DNA from: Salpingoeca rosetta
Lineage: Eukaryota > Protista > Choanoflagellata
DNA length: 64,000 nucleotides
Direction: 5' to 3'
Assembly (NCBI GenBank): GCA_033442325.1
Contig: JAWQFM010000014.1
Coordinates: forward strand, 157,263-221,262
Program-made: the position numbers and the translations under genes
The notes under the pieces: model-generated
Database searches by the model: none
What the model saw: the letters and a program-made list of their open reading frames with translations, nothing else
Told to the model about the DNA's origin: nothing
In this document: one piece after another, positions 15,317 to 27,988 of the stretch
Position numbering within the stretch: position 1 is the stretch's first letter
How the letters are laid out: each line of letters starts with the position of its first letter

Positions 15317-17634
15317 GCTGCAGTGAAGGTTGTGAACAAGACACAACTGAGCCAGGAGCACAGGCAGCGCTTGAAGCAGAGCGTGCAGTCACTCCTCGTG
15401 TTGAACCACGCACACATCCTCGACTACTTTTGGCTCCATGAGACAGACGAGCAAGTCTTCTTCTTCACAGAGCACGCACAACGCACCCTCCTCAAGCACA
15501 TCCAACAGCATGGCCGGCTTCACCCCGCAACTGCACGGTGCGTGCGTGCGTGTGTGTGTGTATGTGTGTATGTATGTGTGTGTGTGTGTGTATGTGTGTG
15601 CTTGTGTGTGTGCATGCATGGTTTGCGTGTGTGTACTGAGTTTGTTGGGGATAGTGCTACTTGGGCGTTTGTTTCCACCAGCACTATCACTCACTGAGCC
15701 TCTTGCCTGCGTCATGCGTGCCTGCACCTTCGCCCATTCACCCGTCCACACCACAGGCGGTTCTTTGGCCAGCTGACGAGCGCGGTCGACTTTGTGCACT
15801 CCAAAGGTGTTGCCCACCGCAACATCAAGCTCGAACACATCCTCCTCTTCCCAAACAACACCGTCAAGCTCACAGGCTTTGGCTTCTCCGCACAGGTGCG
15901 TGCACAAGTGCATTTTTTTTGTATGTGTGTGTATTTGTGTGTGCCTGCGTTTCTGAGGACCGGGCCAGTACATCTGCCAAGCCCACAGACACGCAGACGC
16001 AGACACACTGACAAACAGGCACAGGCGCAGGCATATACCCTCCCCCCCCACTTTTCCCCTCTCACCCACTTTGCTCGCCCCGGCTCACCAACGCACCCAT
16101 TCAACCCTCGTCCCTTCTTCCCACACTCCAGGCACACGAGACCCACAGTGCCGCGAGCATTGTTGTGGATGCGCCCCACTACGCCGCGCCAGAGTACTTC
16201 TCCCGCCTTGCTGCAGACTACGACTCGCGCGCAGCCGACATGTGGGCGCTCGGCGTCGTGCTGTATGCCATGGTCCGCGGCACCATGCCCCACCGCGGCT
16301 CAACCCTCGCCCAGCTCTCCATGAGCGTGCTGTGCCGTCGCCCAGAGGCAGCTGTCGCCTGTCGCCGCCTCTCCTCCATCCTGTCCCTCCTCTTTGCACG
16401 TGACTGGCGCGCGCGCGCCACAGCCGCAGCCGTTCTCCAGCACGCCTACACATCCACGGCACCCGCAACGCCAGCATCATCAGCGCAGCAGCAGCTGCTG
16501 CAGCAGCGACGGCGTGAACTGTCCTCGGCGACCCTGGACCGTCTGGTGCGCGCGCGCATGATTGCGCTTGGATTTGAGCCGCGCCAACTCGACGTCGCGC
16601 TCAAAATCACCTTCAGCCAGCAGAGCGCCATCGCCAACGTGCTGCGTGCACACCTGCGCTATCAGCACCAGCGCCACGCCCATGCTCAGGGCACGTGCCT
16701 GTGCAACGCGGCCTCGTGCGCATTCAGTCCAGCACCCATGCCTGCAAGCACGGCTCCCACCGCCGCCACAGGCGAGGGCGCATCGTCGGTGCGGTCTCCG
16801 CTCCGGCCACCGCAACGCACACACGCAGCAGGCACAACACAAGCAGCAGGCCAGCAGCAGCAGCAACAGCAGCAACAGCAGCAGCAGCAGCAGCGTTCCT
16901 CAACCATCACCTCGTACACGCGCAACACCACGGCTGCATCGTCGTCGCCAGGAAGCGCACCGGCATCCATGCGTGGCGCAGCCATCAAGTCGCTGCCAGC
17001 GCACGTGTGCAGGGACTGCGGCGAGACACTGGCTGTTGAAGAGCACAGCGAGCACAACAGCAGCGCGCGCACCCATCGCACCGCCACCAGCAGCAACGCA
17101 AGCAGCGGCAGTAACAGCGCAGCAGCGGCCTCATCGACCACCACCACCACCACCGCAACAGCACCGGCCCGCGTTGCGGTCGGGTTTGACGTCGATTCGG
17201 ACTCGGAACTGGACATGTCAGATGACGAGGAGATGGAGAGCGAGGACAACCATCACCACCACCACGACGGCAGCCATGCCTGCACCCACAATGCACGCGA
17301 CGGCGACGAACACAAGGCAAAGGCTTTCACTCCCCACACGGATGCATCATCATCGTCGCCACCATCTGCCACAGCACCTCGCCGGCCCTCAGCATCACGC
17401 GTTTCGAAGCGCCGCCGCCGCCGCAGCTCACACGCGCGCGGACGCAGCAAGCGGACACGGCGCGTGCAGGCGCTGGTGCGCATGGCAGCGCGACAGGCCA
17501 TGGCGGAGGAGGAGGACTTTACTGCCGGCGAAGCCGACGTGAACACGTGCGGCAGCGGTGCGGAGGGCACCAGCCATGCTGGTGAGCATGTTAGTGTCGA
17601 TGTCGATGCGCTCATCTCCACGCTCCTGGACCAC

Positions 17635-17683
<49 letters not shown>

Positions 17684-18081
17684 CAGCATTGGACGGCAAT
17701 GCATCCGCTTTGCAGCGCCAGCACAGCGTCAATGGCCATCACGCAGTCAACCAATCCCCTGCAGCCCAACAACAGCAGCTGCAGCAGGAACAGGAACAGC
17801 AGCAGCTTGGATGCCTGTTGCCTGGCGAAGGCAGTGCGGAGAGCAAGCTTGCTCGCTTGCGCCATGCCATGAAGAAGTGCATCGGCCAGACGCTTGCTCT
17901 TCGCGCCGCCCCGGCCTTTCGTCTGACTGCGGTGCACCCGGCGACCACAACTCCGCTCCCCGTTGTCGGAGAAGCGGCAGCATCGCACACGGGCAGCGAG
18001 AGCGACTGCAACCCGTACAAGCGCAGCAAGCAGACGACGTCTGCACGCAGCGAGGGCCAAGATGGGGCCGAACGGTCCTAG
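15317..18081 (+). CDS. MARK/AMPK-related (CAMKL) kinase-like protein, predicted pseudokinase, with UBA-like domain; 5' end unresolved
   Basis: Exons 15317-15537, 15757-15895, 16132-18081, all in phase. Peptide: AAVKVVNKTQL..LNHAHIL..HGRL..RRFFGQLTSAVDFVHSKGVAHRNIKLEHILL..VKLTGFGFS..APHYAAPE..ADMWALGVVLYAMVRG. Then RMIALGFEPRQLDVALK (UBA-like) and a low-complexity tail. Confidence 0.85.
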
Positions 18082-18696
18082 AGCACTTAGCAATCATAGT
18101 ATAGTGGCTGTGTGTATTGTCATACAATGAATGTCCTTCATCCCCGACACAGCTTGAAATCCGGGCGTGTGCTTGTTACATCACGTAGTGACTGGCGTGC
18201 GCCGTTCATTCCACAGCCATAACCACCCTCCCTCTCCGCATCGCATGCACATGTTGCACCCTCAGCCCTTCATTCCTGGCACCCGTGCGACGTCACGTCT
18301 TCCCCTCTTCCCATCTCTGCATGCATATTGACATTTGCCCTGCCCGTTGCAGCCCTTTTCTCTTCCCCCTCTTTTTTCCTTTTCTCTCTCCGCGATGTCA
18401 TTTGCATTATCATTTCCAGTCTCATGTATGCTAGCATCCATTCGCCAATCGTCTCAGCCTGGGTCGTTTATCGACACGGAAATGCATTACAAACACACAC
18501 GACGCACACCCGAGTCACGACTGCATTGACGCGCGCGAACGTGGTGGTGGTGGTGGGGGGGGGGGATAAGGGGCGGACGCGCGCGTGTGGTGTGTGTGTG
18601 TGGGGGGGGGGATAAAGATACGCTGCGGCGTGCCTGACGCACAAACCTTAACTTCCGCAACACTAAGAAGCAGCAGTGATTAGTAGGGTTAAGTGG

Positions 18697-18838
18697 TCAG
18701 CTTTCTTCCTTGTGTTCACCTCGCTCTGATTTTACATCTTGTTCCTGTTGTTGTCGTTGTTGTTGTTGTGGTTGTTGTGGTTGTTGTCGTTGTTGTTGTT
18801 GTCGTTGTTGTTGTTGTCGTTGTTGTGGTTGTTGTCGT

Positions 18839-18872
<34 letters not shown>

Positions 18873-19747
18873 GTTGTTGTTCTTCATCTTCATCTTCTTC
18901 TTCTTCATCTTCTTCTCCTTCTTGTTCCTCTTGTCCTTCTTCCTCCGCTAGTTCTCCCTTGACCCCTTGCTTCCTTGTCTCTTGTTGTTGTTCCTCGTCT
19001 CCTACTCTGCGTGCGGTGCCATCCCGTTCGTCTTCTTGTTCAACGGTTGTCTTCTCTTCTGCCCTATTCACCACCACACCTGCCTCGTCCTCGTCCTCCT
19101 CGTCTTCCCAGCCGTCTTCGTCATCCTCCTCGCCAGATGTTTCTGCTTCCTGCATCCTGCGCAGTGCCTGTAATCGCCTCGCTGCTTCCACTCGCCTTCG
19201 CTCTGCCTCCTGCTTGCGTTTCCTCTCCTCTGCCCTCCACGCGGACAGCGAATTGGGTTGTCGTGCATCCGGCAGTTCGTCTGGCAAGAACTTGTCCCGG
19301 ATCAGTTCCTGTGTCATGAGTGCAATGGCCTCGACTGTCGCCTGCGGCAGCATTGGCCTGGACATTCGAATCGTCGTGCCTTCAAGCATCATGTTCAAGC
19401 TCCCAAAAATGGCATCCTTCAGGTCCTGTGGTGGGTGGGAGATGGTTGGCGCCGACAACATGCAAGCAGCAAGGGAGGGGGGGGGGGCGATAAGGACGAG
19501 CTTTGCTCAAAACTAGCGGGCGAGGCAGAAAGTTGGACAGAGGGGCAACCAAAGACGGAAAGACATGGGTGGAGAGAGTGGCAAACACATAGACACATAG
19601 ACACACACACACACAGACAGACAGACAGACAGGCACAGACAGACAGACAGACAGACAGGCACAGACACAGACAGACACACGCACGCACGCACAGACACAG
19701 ACACAGACACAGACACAGACACAGACACAGACACAGACACAGACACA

Positions 19748-19787
<40 letters not shown>

Positions 19788-20868
19788 GAATTCTCACTCG
19801 AGGTGGAGGCGGGAGGTCGGGCAGGTCCTGGTAGAACGAAGAGTCCTTTGGGATGCGTGGCATCTTGAGGCCAGGCACGAAACGGCCGGCCTTCTCATCG
19901 TCAGACGATTGGATGACTTCGGCATACTCATCATCTTCCTCTTCTTCTTCTTCCTTCTTCTTGCTGGGCTTTGGAGGCCGGACTCGCGTGGGCGGGGGCG
20001 GGGTGTACTGCCGCTTGCTCCGCGTCGATTCTGTCTGTGCTGTAGATGCAGATGTGGACGAGGCACCAGCGGCTCCGCTTGCAGTTGTGCTTGTAGACGC
20101 GGAGGAGGAAGCTGGTCCCCGTCCTCTCGAAGACGATGACGCACGTCGCGTGCGAGAGCTTGAGGATGAAGAAGGTTGTGCTGAGTCGAGAGAAGAGGAC
20201 GACAGTGTGCTGATCTCACGACGCTTTCTCTCCACCACCATTGCACCCGAAGCACGTCCCATTTCTTCTTCTTCTTCTTCCTCCTCCTCCGCCACCACTT
20301 CTTCCTCCTCCTCCTCATCATCAGGCTGGTCATCCCGCCTTTCACCACCACGCGCCACTCTGTGTTCCTCACTTGCCGCAGCCATACTGCCTGCCACTTC
20401 CTGCATATCCTCTTCATCTTCCTGCACATCTGCTGCAGCCAACGCGGCTTCCTGAAAGGCCTCAACTTGTACCACCTCTTCTTCGGCAGCCTCTTCTTGT
20501 ACCACCGCCTCTTGCATGAGCTCTACATCTTCCACAACACTGTTTCCTTGCTGCACAGCCACAGCTTCACCTTGCTCCTGTGCACTGTCTTCTTCCTGGC
20601 CTACTCCGTCTGCAGTGTCGTGCTGCTTCGTCGTGTGCTTCGTCTTGTGCTTCTTGTGCTTTTTCCTGTGCTTCTTCTTGTGCTTCTTGTGCTTCTTCTT
20701 CTTCTTGTCGCTGGCCTTGTGTCGCTTCCTCGCGGGCGATCCATCCCCACTGTCCTCCTCAGCGTCTGCGGTGGCTTCAACCACGCTGTGGTCCTCGGTG
20801 TCGCTGTCACCACGTGCATGCGCAGCACCCACATCATCGCTGCTGCCGCTTTCGTTGCCCTCTTCCAT
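18697..20868 (-). CDS. Hypothetical protein (~600 aa) with Lys/His-rich basic tract, acidic tracts and poly-Q
   Basis: Exons 20868-19798 and 19425-18697 joined by a phase-0 GT-AG intron. Contains KKKKKHKKHKKKHRKKHKKHK and a short ordered segment DLKDAIFGSLNMMLEGTTIRMSRP..ELIRDKFLP. Confidence 0.65.
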
Positions 20869-21058
20869 CTTCGTCCTGTGTGGGCAAAATGAGATAAACC
20901 GAACGAAGAGGGGCGGCAAAATCACAACCACAACGAACGACCGCTGCTCACTGCAACGCAGACACACACAGACAGACACATACAGACAGACACACACACA
21001 CACACAGACACATACAGACACAGACACACACACACACACAGGCACACACAGACGGACA

Positions 21059-21680
21059 ATGATTGAGATTACTTGCAATGACCGCCTTGGCAAGAAGGTC
21101 CGCGTCAAGTGCAAGTGAGTAACGTCAAACGACCAAACGACATCCTTGCATCCGTGCTATCAAATGCAATGCAACCATGCCTTTGCGTTCCTGTTTGCCT
21201 TGTGTGCTGTGCACTGACATGCCTCCTCACGATCACCGATGTGCTGCTGGATTCCTTGCAGTGAGGATGACACCGTCGGCGACCTGAAGAAGTTGGTGGC
21301 TGCATTGACGGGTACACGTGCGGATAAGATTATCTTGAAGAAGTGGTGCGTTGCTATGCGCATGTGTGCACCGCTTGCCACCTGCGCATGCTTGCACCCC
21401 TGAGCAAGTGAGGTCTTCCACTTGACCTTCATACAACCCACACCCACCCACCCACCCACACACACACACACTCTCACTCTCACTCACTCACATACTCACT
21501 CACACATATACCCACACTCACTCACTCTCTCTCTCTCTAACTCCCGCACACGCCCACACGCCCACACCCCCTCCCACACACTCAACACTTGCGTACAGGT
21601 ACACCATCTTCAAGGATCACATTACGCTGGCAGACTACGAAATCCACGACGGCATGAACCTCGAGCTCTATTACCAGTAA
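21059..21680 (+). CDS. UBL5: Ubiquitin-like protein 5 (Hub1)
   Basis: Exons 21059-21114, 21262-21345, 21599-21680 give 73 aa: [73 protein letters not shown], with the typical C-terminal YYx. Confidence 0.98.
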
Positions 21681-22259
21681 TGCAGAGAAGGCCTGCGTGC
21701 CTTTTGCTGCTTTGTATTAACCCCACGCCCTCTTCTCCCTTTCAGTCTTTCGGTCTTTCTGTTTCCTCCTCCCTTCTCTCTTGTTAATTGACGACGCCTT
21801 GAGGCAGTGGCCAGCGCCGTCGCCGCTGTTGCGCCTGCTGCTGAGTGGCCCTTTGTTGTGTGGACGCGCTAGCACAACCATGCACGTTGTCGCAGTCATA
21901 TTCGCTGCTACGGCCGTGTCTCGCCCGTCCGTCCCTGTGTCGCTCGTGCCATTGTTGCAGCGCTCGCGTGTTTCGTGTCGTACAGCGCATCAGCGGCCCT
22001 TGCCCTGAGTTTTCATTGCATATCATGTGTACTGATTCGCATGTGGTCAGGCACGCAAGTAGCCAAAGCAAACGATGGTGGCCGCCCGTGGCACATTAAA
22101 GCAACGCGCGCGCGTGTAATGTAACCATCACAATCAGTGTGTAACATAACATTGTAACCGCACAACAGAAAGCACCTATGGAGAGCTGTGTCAACATTGA
22201 AATCACAGCCCACATACAAACAAAAACCCACCCCCACTCCACCCCCACCCCCACACTTC

Positions 22260-22416
22260 TCAAACGTATCCTTGCATCTCTTCTGGTTCATCAAACCCTT
22301 GCTCTTGTGCAAGCGCGACACCGCCACCCACATCACCACCATCATCGTCGCTGTCGTGGCCACCAGCACCGTGCCGCGCTCGCGAAAACGCAGAGAATGC
22401 AGCAGGTGCACCACCG

Positions 22417-22454
<38 letters not shown>

Positions 22455-22980
22455 GTCATCCTCCTCGTCACTGGAGTTGACACGAACAGGTCCGCTCGGC
22501 ATGTACCGCATACCACCACCACCACCACGCGACGCTACGCTATAGTCGCCCCCGTCGTCATCGTCCGAGTCGTCGTAGGTGGGCGCCACGTTGTCCTCGT
22601 CAAACTTGCCCAGCACATCGGGGCCAACCTCTTGCCAGTCCTCGCTCCACACGCACAGCGACGAGAAGTTGGGCAGCCCCGCCACAACAGATGCGCCCTG
22701 GAACGCGGCGTGGTGGCGGTGTGGCGACGCGTGCACCTTCACTGCACACGCAGCCGGCAGCGTGTACTGCAGCTCCGTCTCTAGGCGCTCGGCAAACCCG
22801 GGCAGCATGGTGGTGCCGCCGCTGAGGTAGATGTTGCGGCTCAGCGTCTTGCGCATGTCGATGCTGCTCGCCATAATCGCCTTCTCCACCACCTGGTGCA
22901 GCCCAGGCACATCCTGCATGCATGGTGCGGTGTGTGTGTGTGTGTGTGTGTTTGCGTTGGTGAGGGCTGAATTGCACACA

Positions 22981-23076
<96 letters not shown>

Positions 23077-23247
23077 TGTACACAGGCTCGTAGACAGGGA
23101 ACCAAACAAACAGGTAGACAGTCGGCAGATTCTCAAGCATTTACACACAGTCACAGATCCGCACGTACACACAGACACACAGACACACAGAGACATACAT
23201 GCACACAGGCACACAGAGACATACACATGCACAGACACCCTCCCCCC

Positions 23248-23297
<50 letters not shown>

Positions 23298-26200
23298 CAC
23301 AACGCAACAACAATACAACCCCCCCCCCCCACACACACAAACACACAAACACACAACTGACCTTGCCCCAGAGGTCTGGCTGGAACAGCCCCTCTGAGCA
23401 GCGGAAGCGCGGGCCCTTGAGCTCAAACTTCTTTGAGCCGTCCGGCACAGCAAAGCGACGCGCATCGACAATGCCGGGCGCAATGCGGTCTTGCTCTTCA
23501 TCCTCCAGCGCACCAACGTAGTCCTTGGCCACATACGCCACGCGTTCCTTGACCAGCCGCCCAATGTATCGCTCCACGGGCGAGAAGAACCGGTGCCCTT
23601 GCTCGCTCATCATGCGCGTCAGCTGCTCCGTCACCTCGCCGCCGCCAACTCGGAGCTTGGTCACGCCTCGCTCAATCATGTACCCCGAGTCGAGCGGAAT
23701 CACGTCGCACCGCTGGCCCACGTCCACAACCACGCCCGTCGTGGCGCCGTACGAGTACATGGACAGCAGCCCCTGGTGCTTCATGTATAGCGCAGGGATG
23801 CCATATGTCTCCATCATAATCTCCGCCATGCGTGTGCGGTCGCGCTTGGTCATAAACTGCGGCTCCGTCAGGATCACCGTGCGCTCCCCAGCGTCAACGT
23901 CGAGCTCCGCAAACAGGTGCCCGTACAGCGTGTCAAGCAGGTCCATGCTCGTCGCGTCAGAGAACGTGTCTGCGCTCTGCAGCGGGTAGCGGATGTTGGA
24001 CGACGCACGAACACCGGGGTGCAGGGCCGGAATGCCGCACACGCGCACGCCCGCGTCCGCCTTGTTCACCGCAACACACGTCGGCATGTAGAGGCTGGGC
24101 CACGCCAGGCCTGTCTCCGCGTACCCTGCGCGCACAGACGCGCCGCCAATGTCGAAGATGAGCGTGTTTCGCAGCTCGCGCAGCTTCGCCTCAGACTTTG
24201 GCGCGCGCCGCCGCAGCGTGGTGGCCTCTGCATCCAGGGCAAGCTTCCAGTCTTCAAGCTCCGTGGTGGATGACGCCCGCAGCACCATGTTCACCTTCTT
24301 GCGCGGGTCGTAAATCTCCAGCAGGTTTCCGCCCTTGTACCGGATCTCGGATCCGCGCAGCCGGATAAACCCGGACGCCCGCTTGGCGCGCTCCTCGTCG
24401 TAGTAGAACAGCTCGCCATCGCGCGCCTTGAAGTATCGCCGGTGCCACCGCTTCAGCACAGACGACTTGTGCGTGCCCTTTGGCAGCTTCTCCAGGTACC
24501 CTTCGATGCGCACGGGCCCACCACCGCCAAGCACAGACGTGGTTGACGCCGTGCGGCTGCCGGTGTCGCTGCTGCTGCTGCCGCCATCGCCATCGCCGCT
24601 CCCGCCACTGCGCTCCTCCGGGCGCGGGCTCTCGTACAGCACTTTCAGCAGCGGCGTCGGGTCCCACTCACTCGAGCTCGCAAACTTGATCTTCACCTCC
24701 TCGTCACCGGCCTTGAGGTCGATGTTTCCGTACTCATCAACAAGGAAGTTGCCCTCCACACGGTACTTTGGTGCGCTGCTCTTCCCACCACCACCAACAC
24801 CAACAACACTACCACCGCTTGTCGTGGTGTCGGATGTGTTCGTGCCACCACCGCCTCCTCCAACACCAGCCAGCACACTTGTGCTACCACTGCGACTGCC
24901 AGCAGCCACGCGTTTGGCCACTGCCTGCCGCTTCTCCTCTGCTGCCTTCTGGTCGTCGCTCGTGAGCGGAAGCATCCCGTCCTTGTCCTTTGCGCGCAGC
25001 TGCGTCCGCTGCCAGTTGTTCAGCAGCAGCGCATTGGCCGCGTGCGTCTGCCACTCCATGCCTGCACGCAGGATGGTGCCCACGTCCTTGGGGTCGCTCA
25101 CGCCAACTTCCTCAAGCTCCTGTGCCTGCATGCAAACAACCACACGCAGGTCGTCAAACCCGGCCTGCAGGAACGTGTCCACGTGTGCGCTCAGACCAAG
25201 AGCGGACAGGAACGCCGGAACCGTGACGGGCAGGACAATGGCTCCGCTTTCATCCTTCTGGCACAGCTGAGGTGCCGACTGCTGCGTTGGTGAGGGCGTT
25301 GCTTGTCGTGCCTCTTGCTGTTGCTGTTGGTCCTTCTCTGGTTGCTGTTGTTTGTGTTCTGTCGCACCACTTTCATCCTTCTGTTTGCTCTCCGTGACGG
25401 TGATGGTCGTTGTCGCTGTCGATTTCTTGTTTGAAGCAGCAGCTACAACAGCAGCAGAAGGTGCACCCTTTGATGCTGTTGTGCCACCTGCTCGCTGGCC
25501 TTCTTGCTGTTGTTGCTGTTGTTGTTGCTGTTGTTGCTGTTGCTTCTTACCCTGCTTACCCTTCTTACCCTTCTTGTCTCCTGTCTTCGCTGCTTCTGCT
25601 GGCTTCACCTTCACCGCCTTTGTGCCCCGTGCGGCTGCTGCGCCCTGGGCCTGCTTCGACCGGCGCCTCTCCTTTGCGCGCGTGCTCGCCAGGCTGTCAA
25701 ACAGGTCCTCCTCCACCTGGTGAACCCCCTTGAACCCCTGGCCCGCGGCATCCTCATCCTCCTCCACGGCGAGCGGCACGGCCTCTTCCTCGTCCAGGCC
25801 CGCGTGCCTGGCGAGAATCCGGTCTGCGAACTCGAAACTCGTCACACACCCTCGCGTACTCGCGTCAATTGAAGCAGCGATGGCGCGGAGATAGGAGATG
25901 GGGAGGGAGGCAAGGTCGTCGCGATCCGTGTCGTCAAAGTCGACGGTGAAGGTGGACGGGAGGAGGTCTGGAGCAACAGGCTCGTCCGGGGCGAAGAAGA
26001 AGCGGTGCAGGGCCGGGTCCAGTTGGTAGTCATCACCACGTGCGAGGGAGGTGAAGAACTCGGCAAAGGTGTCGCTGCTGCTGTCTGGTGGCGGCAGCGG
26101 CGTTGGCAGCGGGAAGCCCGTGCTCTCCTCAAGCTGGGACGCGAGCCACTCCATCTCCGCATACACGCGGCGGACAACAGACTTGGAGACGGGGAAGCAC

Positions 26201-27593
26201 GACTCATCGGTTACGAACGTCAGCTGCACAAGGCAAGGGGTGGGGCGAAGGAGGTGGAGGGGAAGGCAAGGGGAGGTGAGGGATTTGGGTCGTGAAAGGG
26301 CGGGTTGAAAGTGGAGGTTGTGTTGATGTCGTGTAGGCAGGGCGAGAGGGGAGTGTTGACGTGGCAAGCGAATGCTTCACGCATTCCAAGCGCGAGTGAA
26401 TGTGCGACCTGCAACACCTGAAGTGTTGATGGCCAATCACGCTTGACAAGCAAGTAAGGTAAGCAGGCAAACGCAACCACACAGTACACAAGCCGCACCT
26501 CGTAATCTGTGAACGTGCTGCCATCGCCAGCTGTCCAGACGTGTGTGTCCGTGACGGCGACGGCGGTGTCCGAGTGCAGCATGTCCAGCTCATCCAGCAG
26601 CGCACTGCAATGACGAGAATGTGACGGGGAAGTGGGAAGTGGGAAGTGTGGGTGTGGGGCGGGTGAGTAAGAGCACACACGTGCAGCAGTTGGAAACTGA
26701 CTGCAGGGTGCCGATTGAATTGACTGGTGGACGGAGAGACAACGGAGATGTTGAGACACAGAGAGGCAGAGAGGCAGAGCGACAGAAAGAGATAGAGACA
26801 GACAGACACACATACAGGCACACGGACACCGACATACACACAGACAGGCACACGGACACACACATACACACAGACAGGCACACGGACACACACATACACA
26901 CAGACAGGCACACGGACACACACATACACACGCACACACACAGGCACAGACACACACACACACACACACACACACACCTGAGTCGCTTCGCTGGGTCTGC
27001 GGCGTGGTCACCAGGACTGCTGCGCTTTGCCTTTGTGCTGGATGAAGGTGTTTGCCGCTGCTGGTGCCGGCGGTGGGGCGACGACGATGGTGGCGATGAT
27101 GACGACGTCGCGTCTGACTCCGTGTCTGCAAACGGGTTGGCCGTGCGGGTGCTCAGCAGCCCCATGGTGGAGAGAATGTTGAAGTTCTCATCTGTACGTG
27201 CGTGCATGTGTGTACGTACACGTGTGCATGTGTGTTAGGGTTGGGTGGAGACAGGAAGGTGCAAAATGCGTGGCAGCTGTTGTGTTGGGTAAGCCGTGGC
27301 AAGTGATTGCAAAAACAAACGAAACAAACAACAGCAGCATGTGGTACGTGCACGACCACCCACCATGTGCATCGTCATCAGCCATGTTGATGAAGGATGC
27401 CGCTGCTTTAGCTGTTGTCGGCCTCCCTTTCGGCTGTTGTCCTTGTCCCCCTACAGACATCAGCAGCAGCAGCAGTGAGTGGAAGGAACGATGGCGAGGA
27501 AGGGCACAGGGCACAGTCGTCAGCTGCTCGGTTGAATCGAGCCGTGTCGTTTAGCACGTGTGCAATTCAGCATCACAACGCAAAGCAACACAA

Positions 27594-27632
<39 letters not shown>

Positions 27633-27927
27633 CAACAACAAAGAGCGAGAACAACAGCGCAGCACGTGTATTACCAAAGTTGAACTCCGACAGGTCGTGT
27701 GGCATGGCACCAAGCTTCTTCAAGCGCTCGTTGCTCTCTTCAAGCTTTGTTTTGTACTTTTCCCGAATCTCTTGCACACGTGCCTGCAAGCAGTTGGTTG
27801 GTTGGTTGGTTGGTTGAAACGAGTCGCGGCGTCTGCTTGTGCCAGTGGCACTGTGGAAGACCATAAAGTTTGCGCGCATGTGCCTCTACACAGGTTCACA
27901 CACGCACACATGCAGACAGAGGCATAA

Positions 27928-27988
<61 letters not shown>

